A stretch of DNA of 64,000 nt. Source: Candidatus Poribacteria bacterium. Lineage in GTDB: Bacteria > Poribacteria > WGA-4E > PCPOR2b. The notes under the pieces were generated by a model that worked only from the letters and a program-made list of their open reading frames with translations, had not been told where the DNA came from and made no database searches. The stretch lies in assembly GCA_965218095.1 (NCBI GenBank), contig OZ244587.1, forward strand, positions 576,001 through 640,000. The letters are read 5' to 3'. Numbering within the stretch: the stretch's first letter is position 1; each line of letters starts with the position of its first letter. A program made the translations under genes and the position numbers. Of this stretch, positions 8,470 to 18,856 are shown piece by piece.

Positions 8470-9669
8470 TCAGATCTGTTGGATATTCAGTTCAGGTAAA
8501 ACAGGACTATCTGCTCTGGGCAGATCTCCGAAGATTGGACGAAAATAGTCAATTCCTGCGTCCGAAATTTGATAATTTTGTGCATCATAAAAGCGGTGAT
8601 CTATCCGACGTGGGATGGCCCGACCTGCCTCATCAAGTTTAATCACCTGTTCTAAAGGGATCAATTTCGGCTGGAGCCCGTCTTCGGTGCGCATGATCGT
8701 TGCTACATGGTTGACTTTTCCTTCGGCGATTGCCTCGACAGCTAACCCTCCGGCTTTGAGCGCATAATCGCGATCTAGCGGTATCGGGCTGCCACACCGC
8801 TGGAGATACCCGATTATGAGATGCCGGAAGCTAGACGCTGGAATTTTCGGTGAGAGACGTCTTTTCATTGCTTCTGCAATGAATTCTGAACAACCGCCGG
8901 ACTTGGTGTGACCAAAGGGATCGAGCTCCTCCTTTGAACTTGTCATCAATTTGCCCTTTTGATTCCGAATCCCTTCCGACACAACGACGATTACGTTTCC
9001 TTTCTCGGCATATTTTTTCTCAATGGTTTCTGCTAACCGATCCGGTTCATAAGGGACTTCAGGCACGACAATCACATCCGCATGACCATAAGCCGACGAG
9101 AGTGTGAGCCAACCGGCATCTCGCCCCATCGCTTCAATGAAGAAGATCCGGTCATGCGAAGAGGTCGTCGTCCGGAGATCACGGACATAACGAATCAGGC
9201 GGCTTGCCGCTGTCGGGAAACCGGGGCAAAAGTAGTTGATAATCTGCGAGTAATCGATGGAATCCCCCTCGGGAGCATTGATACCGACATCGTTATCAAT
9301 GGTTTTGGTCACAAACGCTGTCGGGAACCTCTCCTTCAGCGCTGCGCCGACGGTAAGCGTATCGTCTCCACCGATGGCGATCAGTCCATCAATGTTGAAT
9401 TTGCGGAGATTATCAACGGCTTCATCCATCCTATTTTCGGCGATGAGATTGGTCCGCGAAGTTTTAAGTAATGTCCCGCCCTGATTTTCGTCAATTAGAT
9501 CTGGAGAGAGTGTGAAGTACGATCCGCCCTTCAGAATCCCTTTCCACCCCTTCATAAATCCAATCAGTTCAACACCGAGTTCCTCCGCCTTCCGCGCAGC
9601 GCCTTGGAGTGTCGCATTGATTGCACTTGTGTCTCCGCCGCCTGTTAAAATGCCAATGCGCTTAGCCAT
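8470..9669 (-). CDS. pfk: 6-phosphofructokinase, probably PPi-dependent
   Basis: 'GILTGGGD', 'IGGDDT', 'KTIDND', 'EAMGRDAGWL'. Confidence 0.85.
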   Translation of the reverse strand: MAKRIGILTGGGDTSAINATLQGAARKAEELGVELIGFMKGWKGILKGGSYFTLSPDLIDENQGGTLLKTSRTNLIAENRMDEAVDNLRKFNIDGLIAIGGDDTLTVGAALKERFPTAFVTKTIDNDVGINAPEGDSIDYSQIINYFCPGFPTAASRLIRYVRDLRTTTSSHDRIFFIEAMGRDAGWLTLSSAYGHADVIVVPEVPYEPDRLAETIEKKYAEKGNVIVVVSEGIRNQKGKLMTSSKEELDPFGHTKSGGCSEFIAEAMKRRLSPKIPASSFRHLIIGYLQRCGSPIPLDRDYALKAGGLAVEAIAEGKVNHVATIMRTEDGLQPKLIPLEQVIKLDEAGRAIPRRIDHRFYDAQNYQISDAGIDYFRPIFGDLPRADSPVLPELNIQQI

Positions 9670-9702
9670 ATTCGCTCAACTCCTTTCAATTACCCTTTTA
9701 AT

Positions 9703-9787
9703 TTGACTTTGTTACATTCGCCCCCGGCCCCCAATGCTGGGGGGAGTTTGTGGAATTCTCCTCCCAGCATTGGGGGCCGGGGGGGCA
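9703..9787. repeat. Partial MITE family A copy
   Basis: TTGACTTTGTTACATTCG then hairpin CCCCCGGCCCCCAATGCTGGG...CCCAGCATTGGGGGCCGGGGG. Confidence 0.6.
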
Positions 9788-9796
9788 GGCCAATCC

Positions 9797-10837
9797 TTAA
9801 TCCAACTCCGACAACTTAACCGGTCTGCCCGCTGTTGCCGAAAGATCGGCAGCGAAGATAATACGGTGCGACTCAAATGCCGTGTCGAAATCGGTCAATG
9901 GCATCGGTTCGCCCTCGCTAATGCTGTCGACAAATGCCTGAAACTGCGGTTCATAGGGGTGGTCGCTCACGTCTCCCGAATCAATGAGCGAGGTTTCGAG
10001 CATACTCCACCTATCCTTGACCATCCCCTTCAGTTTCGCCGAGTAAATTCGATTGTCCAAAAGGCTGCCTTCGCTGCCGACCAGATGAATATGGAAGTAG
10101 TAAGGCTGGAAGCAATCCACACAGGAGGTGACTTTCGCAATCCTGTCCCCCCCTTCAAACTTGAGAATCGTCACGCTCGTCGTTTTGTATTCATATGGCG
10201 CGAAATCCTTACTCTGCGATTGGGTGTGATAGCTCGTGACCTCCTCAACCTTCCCATCCATGAAGAACAGCAGGGCATCGAGCGCGTGGCAACCCCCGGT
10301 CAACAGAGAACTGCCACCGAAGTCTTTTTTGATGTTCCAACTGTACTGACCGTACCAGGGCCCAATCCCGTGGTAGTAATCCACCTCACCGAAGTGCAGA
10401 TCGCCGAGCAAGCCCTCATCAATGACGGAGCGGATTAGCGTAAAGTGCATGCTGTAGCGGCATTCAAAGCAGACACATACATTTACGCCGGCCTTCCGAA
10501 TCGCATCGCGTACCCTTTTGGCATCTTCATAAGAGAGGCAGATCGGCTTCTCGATGATCAGGTGCTTCCCCGCTTCTGCTGCGGCGATTGCTTGTTCGGC
10601 ATGAAAAGGGTGCGGCGTGCAGATGTCCACAATATGAATGTCCGGATCGGCGAGCATCGCTTTATAGTCCGTATAGGCTTTCAGCGGTGTATCGTACTGC
10701 TGCTCCAATTCCGCTTCATCACGCTCACGACGGGAACAGATTGCCGCCACATTTCCGCCCTGAACTGTCTTAAATGTCTCGATATGGGCGCCGGCGACCC
10801 AGCCCAGTCCAACAATACCAATGTTCAAATCACTCAT
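9797..10837 (-). CDS. Gfo/Idh/MocA family oxidoreductase
   Basis: '[10 protein letters not shown]', 'ICTPHPFH', 'IEKP', 'GGCHALD'. Confidence 0.9.
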   Translation of the reverse strand: MSDLNIGIVGLGWVAGAHIETFKTVQGGNVAAICSRRERDEAELEQQYDTPLKAYTDYKAMLADPDIHIVDICTPHPFHAEQAIAAAEAGKHLIIEKPICLSYEDAKRVRDAIRKAGVNVCVCFECRYSMHFTLIRSVIDEGLLGDLHFGEVDYYHGIGPWYGQYSWNIKKDFGGSSLLTGGCHALDALLFFMDGKVEEVTSYHTQSQSKDFAPYEYKTTSVTILKFEGGDRIAKVTSCVDCFQPYYFHIHLVGSEGSLLDNRIYSAKLKGMVKDRWSMLETSLIDSGDVSDHPYEPQFQAFVDSISEGEPMPLTDFDTAFESHRIIFAADLSATAGRPVKLSELD

Positions 10838-10886
10838 TTTGCCTCCGAACCTCCTCCGTTTCATTTATATTTCAGTGATATCCTTC

Positions 10887-10960
10887 AGTTCGTAGTAACA
10901 CGGCGCCAAACGGCGATAAATTGCCCCGCTAGATCGGGATGCAAGCACCTAACTACGAAC
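10887..10960. repeat. GTAG-type REPIN-like element
   Basis: Ends GTTCGTAGT ... ACTACGAAC; nested CCCG-CTAGAT-CGGG hairpin. Confidence 0.45.
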
Positions 10961-10987
10961 GAAGTCAACGCTTTCTTTTTCTAACAG

Positions 10988-11067
10988 TGCCGTCAATTTA
11001 AGCCTTCCTATACTCTATACTGATTTTAAGTCTATGTCAACAAATTTTTCAGATCAAATTGACGGCA
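10988..11067. mobile_element. MITE-like element, family B (80 bp)
   Basis: TGCCGTCAATTT / AAATTGACGGCA inverted ends, same TIR core as 28950-29030. Confidence 0.55.
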
Positions 11068-11222
11068 ACACCGCATGTCGCAGTTCCGGTCAAAGTCGTT
11101 ATGCTCGGCAGCGACAATTCGTTAGATAATCCAATTTCGACAACGTTAAGCGATGAATGGGGAAGATACTGATTCACCAACCTCAAGCCAGATGAGTCTG
11201 CGAAAGAGCGAACATTTTCCTC

Positions 11223-11251
11223 TTGATCTATATCAGATATTGTTGTATAAT
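11223..11251 (+). promoter_or_regulatory. sigma70 promoter of the TonB receptor gene
   Basis: TTGATC-N17-TATAAT. Confidence 0.6.
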
Positions 11252-11357
11252 CACCCAAGTCGATTCATGCTGTCACCGCCAGTGGACTGAAAGCAATCGT
11301 ATTAGACATTACCTTTCAAATTGTTCACTTAATTTTTCAAAATAACAGGAGGACCTA

Positions 11358-13850
11358 ATGAAACTCACGTTTTTGGTTTCACTTTCAATCGTTGTATTGT
11401 TTATTGCTTCGCTCAACGCACAAGATGCAGCGGAAGCACCATCCTCAACAATCGAACTTGAGGAAGTCATCACCGTCGGTACGCGGGTGCCGGAGCGGAG
11501 TCGTCTCGATTCACCGGTGCCCGTTGATGTCATCAGCGCAGACGACATCCGCAAGACGGGACATACCGAAGTGGGGCGCGTTTTGCAGACCTTAGCCCCG
11601 TCGTTCAATTTTTCGAGCTCCTCAATCAGTGACGGCACAGACACGCTGCGTCCCGCGACGCTCAGAGGTCTGGGACCCGATCAGGTGCTGGTGCTGGTCA
11701 ATGGGAAACGGCGTCACGGAAGTGCGTTGATTCACGTCAACACCTCTGTAGGGCGGGGCACAGCGGGCGTAGACATGAACGCGATTCCCGCAAGTGCCAT
11801 CAAACGGATCGAGATCTTGCGTGATGGCGCGTCGGCGCAGTACGGCTCGGACGCGATTGCCGGCGTCATCAACATCGTCCTCAAGGATGACTATGAAGGC
11901 AGTTGGGACTTCTCTAATGGTCAAACTTACGAAGGTGACGGCGAAACATTTATATTGGGTATGCATAATGGTTACAAACTCGGCAAAGATGGCACCCTTA
12001 ATTTGGCGTATGAAGTCCGCAGACGGTGGGCGACGAACCGCGCCGGATTGGCAGGTGTCGTTCAATTTCCCGATACCAAAATTTTGCCGGATAGCGACCC
12101 GGCCCAAATCCTTGCAGACCGCGGCAATAAAGAAGCGGACTTCGATCGGCGAAACTTCCGTATCGGTGACGCGGAATCTTATCAGCACGCCTCCGTCTTT
12201 AACTTAGAGTTGCCGATTGATGGCGTTTGGAAGGGGGCAACTGTTTACAGCTTCCTCAGTACATCAATTCGTGAGAATACAAGTGCGGGGTTCTACCGCA
12301 GAGCCAATCAATTAGACCGAAACCCACCCGGCTCTGCATATCCCGGCGGTTTTCTACCGTTGATTAACACAGATGTGACGGATCTCTCCATCGGAACCGG
12401 GCTCAAGCGGACGTTCGATAGCGGTTTGCGGATGGACACGAGTGTCGCCGCAGGCGGAAACGTCTTTGCGTTCAACGTCAGCAATTCGCACAACGCCTCG
12501 CGTGTCACGGCGGTCGGTATCAGCCCATCATCCGCCGACGCCGGCGAGTTGGCACTCTTCCTCGCCACAGCGAACCTCGATTTTGCGTTTCCGATGGATT
12601 GGGGGAACATCGCGTGGGGCGGCGGATTTCGGAACGACAACTACCAGATCAGCGCGGGCGAAGAACTTTCCTATAAGGATTACGACGGTCCCGGCGGCGC
12701 GGCGGGCGGCATACAGGTTTTCCCTGGCTTCCAGCCTGAGAATGAGGTGGACGAAAATCGGAACGCTTTCTCTTTCTACACCGATGTCGAAGTGCGCCCG
12801 ATCGAAGGGGTACTTGTCAGTCCGGCGGCGCGGGTCGAAAACTACAGCGATTTCGGAACGACGCTCAACGGCAAATTGGCGTTGCGCTACGAACCGCTCG
12901 AAAAGTTCGCCCTGCGCGGCTCGGCAAGCACCGGGTTTCGCGCCCCCTCAATGCAACAACTTTTCTTCAACAACGTCAGCACGCAATTCAACACAGTTGA
13001 TGGACAGCAAATCGCCCAAGAGATCGGCACGTTCCGCAACGATAGCGCGATCGCGGAAGCCGTCGGCATCCCTGCATTGAAGGAAGAAACCACGCTCAAT
13101 CTCACCACCGGATTCATTCTCCGACCGCTCCCTCGGCTGACGCTCACGACTGACCTGTATCAGATCGGCATCAAAGACCGCATCATCATTAGCGGACGTT
13201 TGGCGAGCGACGACGAAGGAATTCCGGCAAGCATCAGAGCACGACTTGCGGATTCGGGCGTTGCGGGCGCGCAATTTTTCATGAACGCCGCGGACACCCG
13301 CACGCAGGGCTTAGACCTCGTTGCGTCCTATGCGCAGCCGGTGTTCAATCAGGGGACGCTTGCGTTTAGTATCGCCGGAAACTACACGACGACGGAGATT
13401 ACCGATGTGAATCTCCCCGCCAATCTCCCCGATTCGCTTTTCACCGAGCAAGACCGCTCAATCATTGAGACGTGGCAACCGAAAGACCGCGTTTCGATTT
13501 CGAGCCGATATTCGGAGGAAAAGATTTCAGCGGACATCACCGTGCATCGGTACGGGGAGTACACAGTGCTCGATGGTGGCGAAAGCCAAACTTTCACGCC
13601 GAAGTATCTAACCGACGTTCAGTTTAGCTACCAATTTGGTAAATTCGGCAGACTCAAAATTGGCGCGAACAACCTGTTCGATGTCACCCCCGACGAAAAT
13701 CAGATCGGTCAAGCGCGAGGCGGGAAGATCTTGGACGCTTCGGGGAATGTGATTGTCGATTCGCCCGGCGTGTTCACCTATTCGCGGCGTTCCGCACCGT
13801 TTGGGTTTAATGGCGGGTTTTATTATGTCGGTTGGGAGAATGCATTCTAA
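11358..13850 (+). CDS. TonB-dependent outer-membrane receptor
   Basis: Signal peptide, TonB box 'EEVITVGTR', plug 'LRGLGPDQVLVLVNGKR', 'YGSDAIAGVINI', terminal Phe. Confidence 0.92.
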   Translation: MKLTFLVSLSIVVLFIASLNAQDAAEAPSSTIELEEVITVGTRVPERSRLDSPVPVDVISADDIRKTGHTEVGRVLQTLAPSFNFSSSSISDGTDTLRPATLRGLGPDQVLVLVNGKRRHGSALIHVNTSVGRGTAGVDMNAIPASAIKRIEILRDGASAQYGSDAIAGVINIVLKDDYEGSWDFSNGQTYEGDGETFILGMHNGYKLGKDGTLNLAYEVRRRWATNRAGLAGVVQFPDTKILPDSDPAQILADRGNKEADFDRRNFRIGDAESYQHASVFNLELPIDGVWKGATVYSFLSTSIRENTSAGFYRRANQLDRNPPGSAYPGGFLPLINTDVTDLSIGTGLKRTFDSGLRMDTSVAAGGNVFAFNVSNSHNASRVTAVGISPSSADAGELALFLATANLDFAFPMDWGNIAWGGGFRNDNYQISAGEELSYKDYDGPGGAAGGIQVFPGFQPENEVDENRNAFSFYTDVEVRPIEGVLVSPAARVENYSDFGTTLNGKLALRYEPLEKFALRGSASTGFRAPSMQQLFFNNVSTQFNTVDGQQIAQEIGTFRNDSAIAEAVGIPALKEETTLNLTTGFILRPLPRLTLTTDLYQIGIKDRIIISGRLASDDEGIPASIRARLADSGVAGAQFFMNAADTRTQGLDLVASYAQPVFNQGTLAFSIAGNYTTTEITDVNLPANLPDSLFTEQDRSIIETWQPKDRVSISSRYSEEKISADITVHRYGEYTVLDGGESQTFTPKYLTDVQFSYQFGKFGRLKIGANNLFDVTPDENQIGQARGGKILDASGNVIVDSPGVFTYSRRSAPFGFNGGFYYVGWENAF

Positions 13851-13853
13851 CTA

Positions 13854-14625
13854 GGTTCTGTTGACATTTCAAGGGAGCCATATAAGAGTGGAGACAAAGC
13901 TGAGAAATCCAAAATAACGGACAGCTAGCTTCTCAAACCGAGAGAAGATACGACGATACCATTTTATCTTGTTGATGAAACATTCAACACGATGACTTTT
14001 GGGCGGTATCACCGCAATCGCTCCATTCGCCTCAATAACCGCGATAAAAGCGTCCGAATCGTACCCCTTGTCTCCAATCACATATTCACTGTTATATCCG
14101 ATTATCAACCCTTCCGCCTCAGTTATGTCATGTCTCTGACCGGGGGTCAGATGAATTCTTAGGGGATTGCCTAGTCCGTCAACTGTAATGTGATTTTTTG
14201 TACTGAAACCGCCCCGAGACCGACCTAATGCTTGGTTTTCAGTGCCATCGTTTTTTTTAAGGCGCCCGCCGCAGACGGGTGAGCGCGGCAGATGGTACTG
14301 TCAACAATAAGCGACTCGATATCGGGGTCAGAGGCAAAGTAGTGGTGCATCTGTGTGAAGATACCTTTGTCGCACCATCGAGCAAACCGCTTGTAGCGGG
14401 TGTTCCATTTGCCATAGGTGTCTGGTAGAAGTCTCCATTGAGCACCGCTACGAGTCACCCAGAGAACCGCTTCGACGAAGCGGCGTGTAGCAGCTTCGTC
14501 GCTAACATAGATGGTGGGACAGCTAAGAAGAAACCGGTATATCTTATTCCATTGGTCATCAGGTAAGGTTATTGGCGTCATTCTTCTATTATGCCACAAC
14601 CTTATACTCAAATGTCAACAGAACC
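13854..14625 (-). mobile_element. IS5-family element (two-ORF, -1 frameshift type), copy 1 with 48-bp internal deletion
   Basis: TIR GGTTCTGTTGACATTT; orfA 14225..14611, orfB ends 13869; A8 slippery run; lacks 16 aa present in copy 2. Confidence 0.9.
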
Positions 14626-14649
14626 CAGATACACGCCCTCCAAAAAATA

Positions 14650-14686
14650 AAGCGTGACGAACCCCGCTTCAGTCCATCACGCTTTA
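14650..14686 (-). terminator. Probable intrinsic terminator after the sulfite reductase gene
   Basis: AAAGCGTGA..TCACGCTTT hairpin with T-run on minus strand. Confidence 0.45.
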
Positions 14687-14706
14687 CTTTGACGACGCCT
14701 GACGTT

Positions 14707-17145
14707 TTATTCGCCCTTCCGAATCACGAGTCGATAGTGCTGACCAATCTTCTTGGTGTCGGTAATCTCATGCCCGTCATTCGTTAGGCTCTTGGGGACA
14801 TTTTCAATCGGTTCGCCATCGTCAATCGTGATTTCGAGCAGCTGACCAACATTCATCGTCTCCAAACGAATTTTCGCTTGCACATAGTTGAACGGACACG
14901 CCACGCCTTTGAGGTCGAGGCTATCAACGATCTCCTCAACTTTCTCAGCCTTAGGTGGTGCTTTGGGGATGCGAGCCGGTCTGGCTTCTCGTTTCTTGCT
15001 TCCTGCTTCTTCCTCCTGCCGAATCCGCATACGTCCGTAGACGTTATGCGATTCTTCAACGAAAAGGGTCGCTTCTTCGACGCGGCGGTGGGTGAGCTCC
15101 CTATCAAAGGTGCTGGTATCCTCCTCAGCCGCCCTGAACAGATGCGCCCCAAAACCAGCGAAGAAAATTCCCGGCTCAAAGAACCGGTTTCGGAATTCCT
15201 TGACCGTCGTCTCGTTGTCAATGTGTTGCAGCCCTTCGGTTGTCAGCAGCGCATCTGCGGCTTTAATCATAGCTTCAAAGGCATGTTGAGCGGAGTCCAC
15301 ATATTCATCTCGTTCGAGCTGTAGCCCAGCCTCATAGATGAGCCGATCTGCTTCTTCAAGTATGAACGAGACCAACTCGACCAACGCCCCCGCGCACTCA
15401 CCGACGCCCGTTTTGAGTTGAAACTCCTTTGTATCGCCGGTGTCAATATAGTAACTGGGGTCTTCCTCGAAGGAGGGAATCTGGTCGTATTCGCGGAGAA
15501 TCGCCTTGATTTCGACCTTGCCGAGCCTCGTGATGAAGTCGGTGAACGATTCATCGTCATGCCGTTCATCAAGATACTTGCCCGTCAAGCGTTCGATGAG
15601 TTGTGGAATATTCTTGCCATGGATTTTTCCGGCGGCAAGTCCATAAGCATTTGCGTTCTCAGTGGCATGGCCGCCCAAAATGAGCTGGTAATACGGCGCA
15701 ATGTGTTCGCCCATACGCCTTGATGAACCAAAGAAACCGATGTTCGCAACGTGATGTTGACCGCATGAGTTGGGGCAACCGCTGATTTTGATTCGCAGGT
15801 CTTTGATCTCATCTTTCACACCAGTTTTGATGAAATGCTCTCTCAGGTAGGCAGCTAACCCACGGGAGGATGAAATGCCCAGTTTGCAGGAATCGGTGCC
15901 GGGGCACGCCGTAATATCGACTGTGCTTTCGGCGCCCGCCGCACCCAAGCCAATAGCCTTGAGCTCTCGATAGAGGGCCGGCAGATCGCTCATACTGACC
16001 CAACGTAGAACAAGGTTCTGCTCAACGGTCGTGCGGATGGTGTCTTTGACATACTTGCGGGAAATACTTGCCAACGCGCGAGCTTGGTCAGCGGTGATGT
16101 CTCCAAGCGGCAGCGTGATATTGACAACTGCGTATCCCGGCTGACTCTGCAGACGCACATTCGTCGCATGCCATTCATCAAATCCTTCCGGCTTCGCGGC
16201 TCCATTCAGTTGCGTCGGCGGTTTCAGCGGCGTTTCGTTGTATGCATCCAGATTATCCAGATAAGCTGTCCATGCGGGGTCATGGCGTAGTTGCTCACGT
16301 TCTTCAAGTACAAGACGACGAAATTCTTCAATACCGAGCTTTGCTACGACGAACTTCATCCGCGCCTTGTTACGATTTTTGCGTTCGCCGAGGCGGGTGA
16401 ACACCTTTGCAATTGCTTGTGAAATCGGCAGCAATTCCTCTTCAGGCACAAATTCATCAAAGACTTTTGCTTGGTGCGGCACAGCGCCAAGACCGCCGCC
16501 GACAAGCAACTTAAATCCACGCTTCGGCTTTCCATCGATCTCTTTAATGACGGCAACCGCACCGATGTCGTGCATGTATCCTAAGCCACAAGCGTGTTCA
16601 TGGCAGCCGGAGAACGCGATCTTGAATTTACGCCCGAAATCTTGTGCATCTTGATGTCCCAACAGAAACGCCGATAGCGCTTTTGAGTGAGGCGTCACAT
16701 CAAACGGTTCGTCGTTGCAGACACCAGCGAGTGGGCAGGCGGTGACGTTCCGAACCGCATTGCCACACGCTTCCTTGGTTGTAATGCCGACGGAAGCCAA
16801 TCGCCGCATTAACTCTGGCGTATTATTAATATCGACATAATGATATTGCACATCCTGGCGAGTCGTGATATGAATGATATTATCCGAGAATTCCTCAGCA
16901 ATATCGGCAAGCATTTCAGTCTGTGTCGCGCTTAGACCACCGAATGGGATCTTCACGCGAATCATCTGTGAACCATCATCACGCTGTCCATAGACGCCGT
17001 GACGTAGTCTAAATTCGAGGAAAATCTCCTCTGGCATCTGACCTGCCTGGACGCGACCGAGCTGCATCTCATAAATTTCAATCGCACGGGCGGCGTCCTC
17101 AGGAATTGCCTCTGCGTTAAAAGGCGCTAAACTTTCTGTCGCCAT
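14707..17145 (-). CDS. Sulfite/nitrite reductase hemoprotein fused to HEPN-like and TusA/SirA domains
   Basis: 'ITTRQD', 'ACPGTDSC', 'SGCPNSCGQH' siroheme/4Fe-4S ligands; C-terminal 'LDLKGVACPFNYV'. Confidence 0.85.
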   Translation of the reverse strand: MATESLAPFNAEAIPEDAARAIEIYEMQLGRVQAGQMPEEIFLEFRLRHGVYGQRDDGSQMIRVKIPFGGLSATQTEMLADIAEEFSDNIIHITTRQDVQYHYVDINNTPELMRRLASVGITTKEACGNAVRNVTACPLAGVCNDEPFDVTPHSKALSAFLLGHQDAQDFGRKFKIAFSGCHEHACGLGYMHDIGAVAVIKEIDGKPKRGFKLLVGGGLGAVPHQAKVFDEFVPEEELLPISQAIAKVFTRLGERKNRNKARMKFVVAKLGIEEFRRLVLEEREQLRHDPAWTAYLDNLDAYNETPLKPPTQLNGAAKPEGFDEWHATNVRLQSQPGYAVVNITLPLGDITADQARALASISRKYVKDTIRTTVEQNLVLRWVSMSDLPALYRELKAIGLGAAGAESTVDITACPGTDSCKLGISSSRGLAAYLREHFIKTGVKDEIKDLRIKISGCPNSCGQHHVANIGFFGSSRRMGEHIAPYYQLILGGHATENANAYGLAAGKIHGKNIPQLIERLTGKYLDERHDDESFTDFITRLGKVEIKAILREYDQIPSFEEDPSYYIDTGDTKEFQLKTGVGECAGALVELVSFILEEADRLIYEAGLQLERDEYVDSAQHAFEAMIKAADALLTTEGLQHIDNETTVKEFRNRFFEPGIFFAGFGAHLFRAAEEDTSTFDRELTHRRVEEATLFVEESHNVYGRMRIRQEEEAGSKKREARPARIPKAPPKAEKVEEIVDSLDLKGVACPFNYVQAKIRLETMNVGQLLEITIDDGEPIENVPKSLTNDGHEITDTKKIGQHYRLVIRKGE

Positions 17146-17247
17146 TATTTTCTCCTTCTCATTGATGGGGTTGGTATAACAAGTGAATGTCCTGAGTTCG
17201 TTTAATTGGAGATGTCCAAATCGAGGGGCATGCACACACGCTATAGA

Positions 17248-17297
17248 TGACCAATTTGGTCAGATTTATACGGAAAAATTAACGACCAATTTAGTTG
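17248..17297. promoter_or_regulatory. Two palindromic operator boxes (Rrf2/CymR/IscR-like)
   Basis: TGACCAATTTGGTCA (perfect palindrome) and CGACCAATTTAGTTG, 35 bp apart, upstream of the sulfite reductase. Confidence 0.5.
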
Positions 17298-17515
17298 AGT
17301 TTATTATAATATACATGATCTGATAAATCAAATTTATTTTTGACATGTATGTAGGAGTGCAGTATAATAGAGCGGATCTGATAATTGTAGGCCGCTTTTC
17401 CAATCTACACCGATCTTTTGTCAAAGGTAAGGACATCTTGACCTGCAATTGCTTTGGTTTTTCTCCCACTCACCCGCCTACCCTTCCCACTTCCTGCTTA
17501 ATTATGCGATGCCCA

Positions 17516-18260
17516 ATGCTTGCAAAATTCAAACAGCGCAGTTATGAAGCCGAATTGATGGATGATTTCTCGCTTGTTGGTCCCGAAGTTGGATCAGACA
17601 TTAATGGAGCTTCGTCTGGTCAACGGCTATCTCGGTGGTTTGAGCGCAACGCTAGCCGCCCTGGCGCCTGAACTTCAGAGAGATCCAACGCGATCATATC
17701 GCATTCTCGATCTCGGTACAGGTTCGGCAGACATACCCGAAGGCATCGTGCGTTGGGCACGGAAACAAGGCATTCATGTGGAGCTCATCGCCACCGACAT
17801 CAACCCCTATACCTACGCTTATGCCCGTTGCTGCGTTGAGGATTTCCCAGAAATCGAAGTCGTTGCCGCTGATGTATTTCACCTCCCCTTCGCGGATGGC
17901 GCATTCGATTACACCCACGCGGCGATGTTCACCCATCATTTTACGCAAGAAGAATGCGCGGCGATCCTCAAAATTATGTATGCCAAAGCCACTCGCGGTA
18001 TGATTATCAATGATCTCCACCGTCACGCCTTCGCTTACTACTCAATCAAGTTCCTGACACGGCTGTTCTCCAAAAGCCACCTTGTGCAGAACGATGCTCC
18101 ACTCTCCGTCCTTCGTTCCTTTCGTCCGGCCGACATCGAGGAGTTGAAACGCAAAAGTGGAATTGAACTTCAGTATCAATGGCGTTGGGCATTTCGGTGG
18201 CTGATTACGGCAGATGTAATTCGTCCCCCGGCCCCCAATTCTGGGGGAGTTGTTCCATAG
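17516..18260 (+). pseudogene. SAM-dependent methyltransferase with +1 frameshift near 17587
   Basis: 'RSYEAELMDD' in one frame; 'LDQTLMELRLVN...LDLGTGSAD...INDLHR' in the next; 3' end reads into a MITE-A remnant. Confidence 0.65.
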
Positions 18261-18856
18261 TCAAGGTAAAACGTAAAGATGTGGTAAAATAGAGAAAGGA
18301 AGGGAGATAATTTATGTCCCCAAATTTCCGCTTCGGATACCCATTCACTTTATGAAAAAGAGTGTGGAACACGATGATCAAAAGCAACCGAGATACAACA
18401 GTATTCCCAAGCAGGTTTCCCGTAAGGATTCGGATTAAAAAGAACCTTTTATCCGTTAGTCAGAGATCCGTTAGCCAAAAGAAGAAATTCGTGAAAATCC
18501 GCGTTATCCGTGTTCCATTCAAACCGTCGCTCTCCTAACTCTATGCAGTTGACAGCGGAGGCTGTGCTTTTATGGATGCTTTTGAGGTTGTGGTGGGTTT
18601 CGGTTTGTCGAACAGTTTTCGGCGAATCCCCGCCCCCGATAGATCGAGGGTAGGCTGTGCTCGTCCGAGAATCGGACAACTGAACTTGAGGCTTCGACGG
18701 CTCTTCTCCCGGGCATTGGGTAGTGAAGAGCCTTCACTACAGAATTGAAACGGAGAAGTTACCCCCGATGGTCAACAATGCAATCGACCTGCTAGATTCG
18801 ATTCCGTACTGGAGTGAAAGGGTAGCCAAACCGTAAACACAAGGGAGAGACAATCC

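Noticed and set aside
11255-11357. Cobalamin or TPP riboswitch before the TonB receptor
   Set aside because: Only one imperfect hairpin; no B12 box or TPP core motifs
18540-18850. Structured leader RNA upstream of the dehydratase
   Set aside because: Hairpins match dispersed repeat types; no recognisable riboswitch consensus
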